Below are positions 9,157 to 19,851 of a stretch of 32,000 bases of DNA, piece after piece. The stretch covers positions 17,406 to 49,405 of the forward strand of contig SUTQ01000011.1 in the NCBI GenBank assembly GCA_015062805.1, written 5' to 3'. A model generated the notes under the pieces. That model saw only the letters and a list, made by a program, of their open reading frames with translations, was not told where the DNA came from and made no database searches. Numbering within the stretch: position 1 is the first letter of the stretch; the number at the start of each line of letters is the position of its first letter. The DNA is from Methanosphaera stadtmanae (GTDB taxonomy: Archaea; Methanobacteriota; Methanobacteria; Methanobacteriales; Methanobacteriaceae). The position numbers and the translations under genes are program-made.

Positions 9157-9408
9157 TTATTTTTTTTTCAAGTGAGCAGTAATTATTGTAAAACTGGAAG
9201 AATTTACAGTAATTTCTGCATTATTTATAGTAACATAATAATTTTTTCCTTTTTTTGTAACGTTACTAGTTTCATCTTCAATTAATTCCATACAATATTT
9301 GACCACATGATTATTATCAAGATTTAGATTTCTTTTAATTCGTTCAATACCCAAGTCTGTAGTGTGAATCTTATCTATATTTTGAATTAATTCTTTTTTA
9401 TAGTTCAT
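9157..9408 (-). CDS. DUF3781-like small protein (83 aa)
   Basis: IDKIHTTDLGIERIKRNLNL...VVKYC...KGKNYYV...ITVNSSSFTIITAHL matches my recollection of the DUF3781 pattern (HTT..G..RI..NL ... ITAH). The start was reset to the ATG at the complement of 9406-9408 (GAGGA upstream), which removes the overlap with thiI in the ORF-track version. Confidence 0.55.
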   Translation of the reverse strand: MNYKKELIQNIDKIHTTDLGIERIKRNLNLDNNHVVKYCMELIEDETSNVTKKGKNYYVTINNAEITVNSSSFTIITAHLKKK

Positions 9409-9430
9409 ATAGAATTCCTCATTAACATAG

Positions 9431-10582
9431 TTACAAGTCAATTCTTGAGAAAGATTTTGCTGTTTCATCCAAGACTTCTTTTTGATTAATTTCTTCAACT
9501 ACATTCTTGAATAATTCCAAATCAGCATGTGTTTCAGGATATCTTGGAACCGCACTACATCCACTATCTGGTAAAATGGACACTTCATATGTTCCAATAT
9601 TTTTAGCGATTTCTTCAATTTCAATTTTATCCATACTAATTAAAGGACTGAATATAGGCATTCTGCAGTGGTATCTTGTTACTTCTATATTGTTGAGTGT
9701 CTGTGAAGCAACTTGTCCTATGCTACTGCCATCTACAATAGCATTGGCCTTTTCTTTACGTGCTAGTATAGCTGCAAGTTGATACATACCACTTTTACAG
9801 AGTATGCAGGTCATTCTAGGAGGAGCTTCTAGCTGTGCATGTTGCAGATATTGTCCAAATTTGGCTGAATATACTTTTACTTCTTCTCCTAATGAATAAC
9901 GTCTAAGGTTATCCGCATTTTTAAGAACTTTTTCAACAGAACCTTCAGTAAATGGATGATTATCGCAGTGAAGTAAAGTAATGGAACATCCTCTTTTTAG
10001 CATTTGGAATGCAGCTACAGGGGAATCTATACCTCCTGAAATTAGGCAAACTACTCTACCTTGGCTGCCAACAGGCAATCCACCTAAACCTTTAATTTTT
10101 TCGTAATATATATATGTTTTTTCAGCTCTTACTTCCACGAATAATGTGAAATCAGGGTTTGATAAATTTACTTTAGCATTAGTTGCATCAATAACAACCG
10201 AACCGGCATATGCGGCCATTTCTTGGCTAGAAAAATCGTGTTTTCCTACACGTCTGCACCTTACAGCAAATGTATCTTTTTTGGGATTAAATTTTTCGGA
10301 TTTTATAACTTCTGGTAAAATCTCGTTAATTAAATCTGCAATTTTTCCTTTATCTGTTTTGGTTTCTTGAATAGGGCTGTATGATACAATACCAAATACT
10401 CTTCCAAGAACATCTTTAACTTTTTCTTCTTTTTCATCAGTTATTAATGTAATTCTACCTTGATCGTTTTCAAAATTACAATTTAATTCTGCTTGTATGT
10501 TTGAAATCAGTTTGTTTTCAAATTTTCTCCTAATTTTTGGACTTTTTACTCCTATTTCTCCATATCTTATAAAATACTTCAT
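9431..10582 (-). CDS. thiI: tRNA 4-thiouridine sulfurtransferase ThiI (archaeal type, no rhodanese domain)
   Basis: N-terminal MKYFIRYGEIGVKS (ferredoxin-like/THUMP region) and PP-loop CLISGGIDSPVAAF. Conserved cysteines TCILCKSGM and DSGCSAVP. It ends after the PP-loop domain. The GAGGGA SD overlaps the stop of the upstream VWA gene. Confidence 0.85.
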   Translation of the reverse strand: MKYFIRYGEIGVKSPKIRRKFENKLISNIQAELNCNFENDQGRITLITDEKEEKVKDVLGRVFGIVSYSPIQETKTDKGKIADLINEILPEVIKSEKFNPKKDTFAVRCRRVGKHDFSSQEMAAYAGSVVIDATNAKVNLSNPDFTLFVEVRAEKTYIYYEKIKGLGGLPVGSQGRVVCLISGGIDSPVAAFQMLKRGCSITLLHCDNHPFTEGSVEKVLKNADNLRRYSLGEEVKVYSAKFGQYLQHAQLEAPPRMTCILCKSGMYQLAAILARKEKANAIVDGSSIGQVASQTLNNIEVTRYHCRMPIFSPLISMDKIEIEEIAKNIGTYEVSILPDSGCSAVPRYPETHADLELFKNVVEEINQKEVLDETAKSFSRIDL

Positions 10583-10592
10583 TGTTTTTCCC

Positions 10593-11735
10593 TCATAGTT
10601 CGGTAATCAATTTTGCTAAATTGTCTAAATTTTTTATTTCATATACTTTCGCACCAGCATTTTGATAATCTCGTACACAACTTGTGGGGGTATCCCATTT
10701 ACTTTCAGGTTCTGGATTAAATATCAATACTTTTGAGCTTTTTTTAACAATTTCCTTTAGTAGAATTGCACTTTCCAATATTCCATCTTCTCTTTTTCCT
10801 TGCCAATCTCTACAATCGCTTAATATGATAACTGTTGTTCTATGATTTAAATGAGCTTTTGCTAAAAACTCTTTAAAAGAATTAGCCATATCTGATTGTC
10901 CGTGAATCATTCCCCGTTGTAGTTTTTTCAACGTAACGGCTTCATATGAAATTTCATAAGATTCAGTTTGTAGTGCGTCTGTTGTTTCAATAATTTTACT
11001 GTCAAATTCGAAACATCTGATTTTATCAAATGATCTTTGAGAAGCATATATTATTGAAAAAAACCAGTTACTAATCCAATCACAAGAACCACTCACATCA
11101 TTCAGGAAAATATGTTTGGTTTTGTTAATTTTGGGTTTTGCATAAACAATATTTATTAATTTACCCCCATTTTTTAGATTTGTACGAATTGTGCGGGGCA
11201 TATTTACATTGTATGATTTCATCAATCTTTTTCGCCGAGCCCTACTGTTTGCAATTTTTTTACCTAATTTTCTGCATAAATCAACTATTCTATCATCGAA
11301 TGTGTTCATATGATTTATGTCTGTTTTTAACAAATCTTTTTCATGAATTTTATTTTGCTGTAACTCTTCAGGATTAAATTCGGGTGGAATCATCTGTTCT
11401 ATCGATATTTCACTAATTTGTGAATCTGGTAATCCCATTATGTCTTCTTGTTCTATTGCAGGATCTTTAAATGGGCTATCTGTCTGTTCTTTAGTGGTAT
11501 GTTTTACTCCTTCTTCAGGTTCAGAAAATATTTCTTCAAAAATATCATCAAATTTCTGTTCATCGTGAGTATCTTTAATATAAACAGTTTTTAAAGCATA
11601 TTGCATATCCTTTATTTCTGTGGAACTTTTCATTAAGTCCCATACATCACATGCTGTTTTGGTACTTCTAACACTTACAGCTACTCCTTCTTCTCTTAAT
11701 TGGTTGGATAATGCAACTATTCTTTCATTAACCAT
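10593..11735 (-). CDS. VWA domain protein, CoxE-like
   Basis: N-terminal L..LREEGVAVS...ALKTVYIKD...FDDIFEEIF layout, acidic linker, and a C-terminal VWA domain with MIDAS-like FLNDVSGSC and ILSDCRDWQG. AGGAGA SD precedes the ATG. Confidence 0.7.
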   Translation of the reverse strand: MVNERIVALSNQLREEGVAVSVRSTKTACDVWDLMKSSTEIKDMQYALKTVYIKDTHDEQKFDDIFEEIFSEPEEGVKHTTKEQTDSPFKDPAIEQEDIMGLPDSQISEISIEQMIPPEFNPEELQQNKIHEKDLLKTDINHMNTFDDRIVDLCRKLGKKIANSRARRKRLMKSYNVNMPRTIRTNLKNGGKLINIVYAKPKINKTKHIFLNDVSGSCDWISNWFFSIIYASQRSFDKIRCFEFDSKIIETTDALQTESYEISYEAVTLKKLQRGMIHGQSDMANSFKEFLAKAHLNHRTTVIILSDCRDWQGKREDGILESAILLKEIVKKSSKVLIFNPEPESKWDTPTSCVRDYQNAGAKVYEIKNLDNLAKLITEL

Positions 11736-11914
11736 TTGTATCTCCTGATAAAGTTTTTAAAATTATAAATATTTTATTATAATCCTATATTTACTTTTTA
11801 ATTTTTTTATATATCATTTTTTTCATTTATTTTTCAAAATAAAAAATTATATGTTATGTTTTAAAGATATATTATTATTAACGAGCATTGTAATAATTTA
11901 TTAAAGGTTATCAT

Positions 11915-13276
11915 ATGAAACGAGTAGTATTGTCAGGAACAGGAAGTGGGGTTGGGAAGACCACTATCTCTACAGGAATAATGAGGGCTTTATCTAAAAA
12001 GCATAATATACAGTCATTTAAAGTTGGACCGGATTATATTGATCCATCTTATCATAAATGTGCCACAGGAAACAATGCAAGAAATTTGGACTCTTTTTTC
12101 ATGTCAAATGGACAGATACGACAAGCGTTTAAACAGGGAATGGAAAAAAGTAATGCTGATTACGGAATTATTGAAGGTGTAAGGGGCTTATATGAGGGAA
12201 TAAGTCCAGTTACTGATGTTGGAACCACCTCTTCCATCGCTAAATCATTAAATTCTCCAGTTATTTTAATAATTAATAGTCGAAGTTTGGTTCGAAGTGC
12301 AGCTGCTATGACTTTGGGTTTCAAAGCATTGGATAAAGAAATTAACATTCAAGGTGTAATATTAAACAACGTAAAAAGTCAGAAACATTACCTCAAAACT
12401 AAGGAAGCTGTGGAGACATTAGCAAACACTCCTGTTATTGGTGGTATTGTAAGAGATAAATCCATCACTATGGAACAAAGACATTTAGGTTTAATCCCTG
12501 CAGTTGAAGAAGATCGTATAAAAGTTTTAATTGAAAAATGGGGTGAATTAATAGAGGATAACATCGATTTGGACATGTTGCTTGAAATTATGGATAACTC
12601 TAAATCCATCAGTGAGGAATATGAACCGATATGGTTAAGCAATGTGACTGAAGAAAAAACAAAAGTCGGAATTCCTTTTGATGAGGCTTTTAATTTTTAT
12701 TATCAGGAAAATATTGAAGCTTTAGAAGCAAACAATGCCGAAATAGTATATTTTAGTCCTATACATGATGAAGAACTTCCTGATGTTGATGCATTGTATA
12801 TTGGAGGAGGTTATCCTGAAATATTCAAAAAAGAGTTATCAGATAATAAATCTATGCTAAAATCAGTTAAGGATTTTTCAGAAAACAACAACCCGATTTA
12901 TGCAGAATGTGGGGGATTAATGTATCTTACAAAATCAATAGATAATTTACCTATGGTTGATGTATTCCCATATAAGTCTGAATTGACCAAGAAAGTGCAA
13001 GGTTTAAGTTATACAATTGCCAATGTTATTCAAGATAATCCTATTCAAAAAAAAGGTGAAACATATCATGGACATGAATTCCATTATTCAAAAGTAGAAT
13101 ACACGGGTTCTAACAAGAATGATTTTGCATTTGAAATGAAGAGGGGAGTGGGTATCACAGGAAAATATGACGGTTTACTAAAGAATAAAACTGTTGCTAG
13201 TTATATACACACTCATACTTCTTGTTTACCCGATTTTGCATATAACTTTACACAATCTATAATTGATGGAAAATAA
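11915..13276 (+). CDS. a,c-diamide synthase of the CbiA/CobB family (cobyrinate a,c-diamide synthase CbiA or Ni-sirohydrochlorin a,c-diamide synthase CfbB; paralog not resolvable by eye)
   Basis: N-terminal P-loop [12 protein letters not shown] and [14 protein letters not shown]-terminal type-3 GATase with nucleophile [11 protein letters not shown] and HGHEFHYS. Domain order is canonical. Confidence 0.8.
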   Translation: MKRVVLSGTGSGVGKTTISTGIMRALSKKHNIQSFKVGPDYIDPSYHKCATGNNARNLDSFFMSNGQIRQAFKQGMEKSNADYGIIEGVRGLYEGISPVTDVGTTSSIAKSLNSPVILIINSRSLVRSAAAMTLGFKALDKEINIQGVILNNVKSQKHYLKTKEAVETLANTPVIGGIVRDKSITMEQRHLGLIPAVEEDRIKVLIEKWGELIEDNIDLDMLLEIMDNSKSISEEYEPIWLSNVTEEKTKVGIPFDEAFNFYYQENIEALEANNAEIVYFSPIHDEELPDVDALYIGGGYPEIFKKELSDNKSMLKSVKDFSENNNPIYAECGGLMYLTKSIDNLPMVDVFPYKSELTKKVQGLSYTIANVIQDNPIQKKGETYHGHEFHYSKVEYTGSNKNDFAFEMKRGVGITGKYDGLLKNKTVASYIHTHTSCLPDFAYNFTQSIIDGK

Positions 13277-13308
13277 AAAAATATAATATAAGATATTGAT
13301 GTGAAATT

Positions 13309-14139
13309 ATGGTATTGAAAATTGGAATTATTAAAGTAGGAAACATTGGAACAAGTCCAATAATCGATTTAATATTGGATGAAAGGGCTGATCGAGAAGA
13401 TATTGATGTCAGAACAATCAGTTCTGGTGCAAAAATGGGTGGAAATCAGGTGGAAGACATATTACCTAAAATTTTCTATTTTGATCCGGACTTATTAATT
13501 TTTATAAGTCCTAACCCCAATGCAAAACAACCAAGAATGGTCAGGGAAAGATTATCTAAAATTGATATTCCAACAGTTGTAATTGGAGATCAACCTGGAG
13601 AAAAAGGTATAACCAAAATGAAAGAACAGGGATTGGGTTATATATTAATCCGTGCTGATGCAATGATTGGGGCAAGAAGGGAATTTCTAGATCCTACTGA
13701 AATGGCATTATTCAACGCGGATGTTTTAAAAGTCTTGTCAGTCACTGGAACATTACGTTTGGTTACAGCAGCAATTGATACTTTAATTGGACAAATTATG
13801 GATAAAGAACCATTGAAACTACCAGAAATTGTAGTTACTGCAGAATTAGCTGTATTTAATGCAGGTTTTAAAAATCCTTATGCTATGGGTAAAGCTATAG
13901 CTGCATATAATATGGCAACAATGGTATCTGAGATGAATATTGATGCCTGTTTTAAAATTAATGAACCTGATATGTATATACCATTAGTAACGGCTTCACA
14001 TGAATTAATGTCAGCGGCAGCAAAATTGGCCGATGAAGCACGAGAAATTGAAAAATCTAATGACACAGTTTTAAGAACACCTCATGCAAAAGATGGTTCT
14101 GTATGGGTAAGACAATCTTTGGTTGATACTTATAAATAA
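13309..14139 (+). CDS. mtd: F420-dependent methylenetetrahydromethanopterin dehydrogenase
   Basis: MVLKIGIIKVGNIGTSPIIDLILDERADREDIDVRTISSGAKM is the characteristic Mtd N-terminus. The 276-aa length fits the family. Confidence 0.9.
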   Translation: MVLKIGIIKVGNIGTSPIIDLILDERADREDIDVRTISSGAKMGGNQVEDILPKIFYFDPDLLIFISPNPNAKQPRMVRERLSKIDIPTVVIGDQPGEKGITKMKEQGLGYILIRADAMIGARREFLDPTEMALFNADVLKVLSVTGTLRLVTAAIDTLIGQIMDKEPLKLPEIVVTAELAVFNAGFKNPYAMGKAIAAYNMATMVSEMNIDACFKINEPDMYIPLVTASHELMSAAAKLADEAREIEKSNDTVLRTPHAKDGSVWVRQSLVDTYK

Positions 14140-14159
14140 AAAAAAAGAGTGTAATGAGA

Positions 14160-14744
14160 TTATAATGTACCTTTGGTACTTAAAATTTGGTCGTGAGTAA
14201 TTTTTGTTGCACTATTAAGTGAACGTGCCAGTGCTTTAAATATTGCTTCGCATATGTGATGGTCATTTTCACCATTTGCTTTAATGTTTATATTCATTAG
14301 ACTGGTGTTTGCAAATGATTCCATGAAATGTTTAACATTTTCCGAACTAATATCCCCAATTTTTTGGTATTTGAATTCTGCATCAAAAATAGTATAGTTT
14401 CTTCCGCTAATGTCGACAGCTACTTGGGCTAATGATTCATCCATAGGAACTATACTAAAACCAATACGTTCTATTCCTTTTTTATCTTTTAATGCTTCTT
14501 TAAAACATTCGCCTAATAATAATGCGACATCTTCGACAGTATGATGATCATCTACATCAATATCTCCAACAGCTTTAACTTTCAAATCAAAAAATCCATG
14601 TTTGCTAAAAGATTCAAGCATATGGTCTAAAAATTTTAATCCAGTGTCTATTTTACTTTTTCCATTTCCATCTATGTTCAATTCTATTTTTATGTCTGTT
14701 TCTTTGGTTTTTCTACTTAGTTTTGCTACTCTATTTTTAGCCAT
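14160..14744 (-). CDS. hisB: Imidazoleglycerol-phosphate dehydratase
   Basis: [46 protein letters not shown] and [16 protein letters not shown] metal-binding His motifs. Confidence 0.9.
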   Translation of the reverse strand: MAKNRVAKLSRKTKETDIKIELNIDGNGKSKIDTGLKFLDHMLESFSKHGFFDLKVKAVGDIDVDDHHTVEDVALLLGECFKEALKDKKGIERIGFSIVPMDESLAQVAVDISGRNYTIFDAEFKYQKIGDISSENVKHFMESFANTSLMNINIKANGENDHHICEAIFKALARSLNSATKITHDQILSTKGTL

Positions 14745-14765
14745 GTTAACACCCTTTTTTATAAT

Positions 14766-16325
14766 TTAATCTTCTATTTTATATATTAATTCTTTCTTTT
14801 CAATATATTTAACTATTTTTTCAGTATATTCCTTCAAAATAGGTATTTTATTGAAATATTGTACAAAAAAGTTTAAATCCCTTTTTGTTAAAACTTTAAG
14901 CATTATTAATGAAATTAGATAAATAATACTACCTAAAATTAATCCAATAATTGATCCGATAATGCTTTTTGGAATTATCAAGCATACTATTGTTAATATT
15001 ATGTTTGCAGATATAATCAATGAAATATTCTTCCAGGGTATTGAAATTTTCGTAATTTTTTTAACAAAATATAATATTACAATCATCAGTATGAATGTTG
15101 TTAAGGTGGTTCCTATTGCAGCACCAATAATTCCTTCACTTGAAACTAACAAAGCATTTAGTGTGATGTTTAACACAGTACCAACTAGTAAAATAATCAT
15201 AGGTAGTCTTGGATTTCCGGTTCCTTGTAAAATACTACTACAAATCATGTAAACACTATAAAATGACATACCAATGACTAATATGCTTAAAACACCGGAA
15301 CCCGGAGTATAAACACTACCAAATAATAATGTGATGATAGGTGTACTGAATACACTTATTAAAACACATAAGGGTAACACCGTTAATATACTATATCTTA
15401 AACAGTCAATAACATACTCTTCTAATAATTTATGGTCTTTTAAAGCATATGCTTCTGCAGTAGCAGGTAAAAGAACTGTTGAAACGGATAAGGATATTAC
15501 TAAAGGAATTCTTGATATAGGATCAGCTGCATTGTAAAAACCCACATCTGAAGATAGCATGAAGAATCCTATGACTAATGTTCCAACATCATAAATAGCC
15601 ATTTCAGATAATGCTGTTATTGCTACAGGCACTGCAAATCGGATTAACATCCACAATAATTTTAATTCTTCCTTAAGTGTTAGGTTCAATGAATCTTCTG
15701 AATAAAATAAAGGACTAATATATTTTTTATATAGCAGCACTGCGGTGATTGCAGAAACTATGAAACCAAAAGCACTACCTAAGACAGCTCCCATGGCATA
15801 TAATCCCGCATAAACAAATACACATGCAAACACGATTGTTGCAACTTGTTCTGCAAGTCTATTATAAACAGTATATTCATTCTTATACACACCCTGAAAT
15901 GCTCCTCTCATAGCTCCTACAACAACACTAAAGGGCGTAATTAAACAGACTGCCCTTAATGGCCATACAACTAATGGTTTGTGAAATATATTGTTTGCTA
16001 TAAAGTCTGATGAAAACAGTAATATTATACTAAGTAGTATTGCCATCAATACCATAAATTTAGTTGCTGTTATTATAACCTGCCTTGTTAAAGCTTTTTC
16101 ATCCTGTGCATTGTATTGTGCAACATACTTGGATATTGCAGGAGGTAATCCTCCGGCGGACAATATTTGGAAAATGCCCTGAAATGGTAATGTTAATCCA
16201 TATAAACCATATCCTTCAGGTCCAAGCATTCTACTCATTAGTAATCTATTGATATATCCTCCTAATCTAAACAAAAGATTACCAATTAATAAAATAAAAC
16301 TATTTTTAAGTACTTTATTTGACAT
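14766..16325 (-). CDS. MOP-superfamily polysaccharide/oligosaccharide flippase (Wzx/MurJ-like)
   Basis: About 14 hydrophobic segments. N-terminal LLIGNLLFRLGGYINRLLMSRMLGPEGYGLYG is typical of polysaccharide-biosynthesis (Wzx) proteins. The start is either ATG at 16325 or GTG at 16334 (ORF track). Confidence 0.75.
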   Translation of the reverse strand: MSNKVLKNSFILLIGNLLFRLGGYINRLLMSRMLGPEGYGLYGLTLPFQGIFQILSAGGLPPAISKYVAQYNAQDEKALTRQVIITATKFMVLMAILLSIILLFSSDFIANNIFHKPLVVWPLRAVCLITPFSVVVGAMRGAFQGVYKNEYTVYNRLAEQVATIVFACVFVYAGLYAMGAVLGSAFGFIVSAITAVLLYKKYISPLFYSEDSLNLTLKEELKLLWMLIRFAVPVAITALSEMAIYDVGTLVIGFFMLSSDVGFYNAADPISRIPLVISLSVSTVLLPATAEAYALKDHKLLEEYVIDCLRYSILTVLPLCVLISVFSTPIITLLFGSVYTPGSGVLSILVIGMSFYSVYMICSSILQGTGNPRLPMIILLVGTVLNITLNALLVSSEGIIGAAIGTTLTTFILMIVILYFVKKITKISIPWKNISLIISANIILTIVCLIIPKSIIGSIIGLILGSIIYLISLIMLKVLTKRDLNFFVQYFNKIPILKEYTEKIVKYIEKKELIYKIED

Positions 16326-16438
16326 GTTATTCACAAAAACTGTTAATTAAAATAAAATGTTTATATCACTTTAAAAAGATATAATTATATAGTTTAGTAT
16401 TTATTAAATGCTTATTAACTATTTTATGGTTGATTGTT

Positions 16439-17536
16439 ATGAATTACAAAAAGTTAGATATTTTTTCACCAGGGGTTTTTGTCTTATTGGTTATTATTTA
16501 TCTTATTTTTGCACAAATAGCTTTTAATTATCACTTAAAAGAGTTAATCGGCATTAATATCAATACTATTTACATAATATTTTTAGGTTTATTGTTTTAT
16601 GTAGGTGGAATTTGTTCTTCTCATTATTTGCTTAAAAATACGGAATTTTCTTTGAATGAATCTATTTTAGAAAAGATTTTTTCAGAAAGAAACGTTCTAT
16701 TGTTAGTTATGGTAGGTATTTTACTACAAGTAATTAACTTATTGTACTTGGGTGGAATACCATTATTCAGCGGATATTTGAAAGCACATGCTGCAACGAG
16801 AATATGGTTGTTGTCTTATTTGATCTTTTTGCCTTCAATTAATATTTTAATAGCTAAATACAACAATAAAAAATATTATCTGTTATTTGCAATTGGGTTA
16901 GTTTTATTTGTATTCACTGGATATAGAACTACAGTTATGGCTATTGTTATAAGTATGCTCATAACATTGTATTATACTATGGATTTAAAATGGAAATATT
17001 TGGTATTGTCAGTAGTAGCTATATTTGTATTATTGTTAATTGTAGGATATGTTGCCGTTAAGTCAATTGAATGGCAGACTTGGACTTTAAGTCCTTTACA
17101 GTTGTTATTTTATAGGGCTGGATATACATTACAGGTACTGGACAAGGCAGTTTTGTTACAGGGTAGTACTCATGGGCAGTTGTTATATAATACTTTGACA
17201 GGCTTCTTTAAATCTACGGATCCTAGGGTAATTGTCGGTTCAACAACTTTAGGTTATGCTCATTCAACTACTTCTATGATATTTGGTCCTGCATTGTTGG
17301 ATTTTGGATTGTATGCTATGCTTATTCAAATGTTCTTTTTGGGAGTAATAATAAACTTTATATACCGAGTTCAAAGGGCACTTGGAAATATATTTGTAGC
17401 GTTATATGCAATATTGCTTGCACATGTGTTAATTTGGATTGAAACAGGTCCAACTGATTTGGTTGTCTTACTGTTCTTTTTTATTACATTGATATTGATA
17501 GGTATTTCAGTAAAAATAAAAAAAGGGGGTGTGTAG
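16439..17536 (+). CDS. Polytopic membrane protein, oligosaccharide repeat-unit polymerase (Wzy-like) candidate
   Basis: About 10 TM segments with a large loop. Size and topology resemble archaeal/bacterial repeat-unit polymerases. It is divergent from the flippase and abuts the next gene (TAG then ATG). The call rests on topology and context only. Confidence 0.5.
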   Translation: MNYKKLDIFSPGVFVLLVIIYLIFAQIAFNYHLKELIGININTIYIIFLGLLFYVGGICSSHYLLKNTEFSLNESILEKIFSERNVLLLVMVGILLQVINLLYLGGIPLFSGYLKAHAATRIWLLSYLIFLPSINILIAKYNNKKYYLLFAIGLVLFVFTGYRTTVMAIVISMLITLYYTMDLKWKYLVLSVVAIFVLLLIVGYVAVKSIEWQTWTLSPLQLLFYRAGYTLQVLDKAVLLQGSTHGQLLYNTLTGFFKSTDPRVIVGSTTLGYAHSTTSMIFGPALLDFGLYAMLIQMFFLGVIINFIYRVQRALGNIFVALYAILLAHVLIWIETGPTDLVVLLFFFITLILIGISVKIKKGGV

Positions 17537-18607
17537 ATGAATATAGCAGTAATTGCTGAAACAGCTCCAGCAAAAACATTAATTCCTGTAATTGAAAAAT
17601 TAGATGATAATATTATATCTTTAACTCATAGTGAAGGGGCTGAAAGATTATTAAATCCTTACAGTTCGGAAGTTTTATCAATTGGTGAAGGTCGAAGGAA
17701 CACTACTACTAAACGTAGCGATTTAACTATTGGACGATTGGTGCTAAAGGATACTCTACGCACTTACAGGGCTCTTAGATCCAGGGATATAGATTTGGTT
17801 TTAACCTGTGGTAATGCTGGAGATGTTAGAAAGGGGATATCTGCAGCAAAAAAATTAAATATTCCTAAATTACACATTGAACAGGATTTATATAATCCTA
17901 TAGAAATGATTGCTTATGCAGATTTAATTACTGTTCCAAACAGTCATGCTAAAAAACTTTTGAAAAAGATGTATGGGATACATAACACAGTTAACATCAA
18001 AGGATATCCACAAGCAGAGTATGTTAACAGAGTTCCGATAATGGATCCTGAAGAGATTTATAGGCATTATGGCATAAATGATTTTTATGTTTTATTTTTA
18101 GGTGGAGATACAAGAGCATCAGATATTCCTAAAATTATTAAGGAAGTTCAAAAATTAGATAAAATTATTCTAATAATTCCATATCGTTTTGAAGCTACAT
18201 CAATTAGTCAATTCGTCACAAGAAAAGGAGTGTATATTATTGATGGATATGTTGACTTAATAAGCCTGATGAATGCTTCACAGGGGGTTATATACTGTGC
18301 AGGTATGGGTGTAACTATAGAGGTAGGTGCATTATCAGTTCCTTCAGTTAAATTATTAGGTTTTCATGTTGATCATGCAAGTAATGATTTGGCTCAATCT
18401 CTTGGAATAGATGTTATATCTGCATATGATATTCAGTATGCAGTTGAACATATGAAAGCACCTCATGGTGCAAGATTAATTAAAAATGGTTCTAAAGCCA
18501 GTATTAAAGTAGCTGAATTGACTAGGGATATGTATATGTTCGATACTTCTTCTGGTGGTACTAAAAGCATGAAAGCAATATGGAATCAAAGAAAAAAATA
18601 TAGGTAA
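17537..18607 (+). CDS. Soluble two-Rossmann-domain protein, GT-B-like (MurG-/DUF354-/epimerase-like) glycosyltransferase candidate
   Basis: N-terminal MNIAVIAETAPAKTLIPVIEKL and a second half FYVLFLGGDTRASD...VIYCAGMGVTIEVGALSVPSV resemble the two halves of GT-B enzymes such as MurG. AAGGGGGTG SD lies inside the end of the upstream gene. The function is an inference. Confidence 0.4.
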   Translation: MNIAVIAETAPAKTLIPVIEKLDDNIISLTHSEGAERLLNPYSSEVLSIGEGRRNTTTKRSDLTIGRLVLKDTLRTYRALRSRDIDLVLTCGNAGDVRKGISAAKKLNIPKLHIEQDLYNPIEMIAYADLITVPNSHAKKLLKKMYGIHNTVNIKGYPQAEYVNRVPIMDPEEIYRHYGINDFYVLFLGGDTRASDIPKIIKEVQKLDKIILIIPYRFEATSISQFVTRKGVYIIDGYVDLISLMNASQGVIYCAGMGVTIEVGALSVPSVKLLGFHVDHASNDLAQSLGIDVISAYDIQYAVEHMKAPHGARLIKNGSKASIKVAELTRDMYMFDTSSGGTKSMKAIWNQRKKYR

Positions 18608-18625
18608 ATATCATATTTACCACTC

Positions 18626-18654
18626 TTTTTTTTTAAACGTTTTTCTATTTTTTT
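18626..18654 (+). terminator. Oligo-T tracts (T9, T4, T7) downstream of the GT-B-like gene
   Basis: cactcTTTTTTTTTaaacgTTTTctaTTTTTTT lies directly after the stop at 18605-18607. Archaeal RNAP terminates at oligo-T runs. Confidence 0.5.
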
Positions 18655-18704
18655 AAATTTAAATATATATTTAATTTTATTAAAAAAATGGGTATTGGGG
18701 GTTA

Positions 18705-19691
<987 letters not shown>

Positions 19692-19851
19692 TTACCTCCG
19701 ATTATCGAATTTAATTGTTTTTTATTTTTTTGAATATTATTTATTTTATTATTATAATTTAATAAACTTTTGTTATTTTAATATTTTCATTAATTATATT
19801 ATTGATAAAAAAGAGATTTATCATTAATAAACTCAATTGGAAGAATATATT

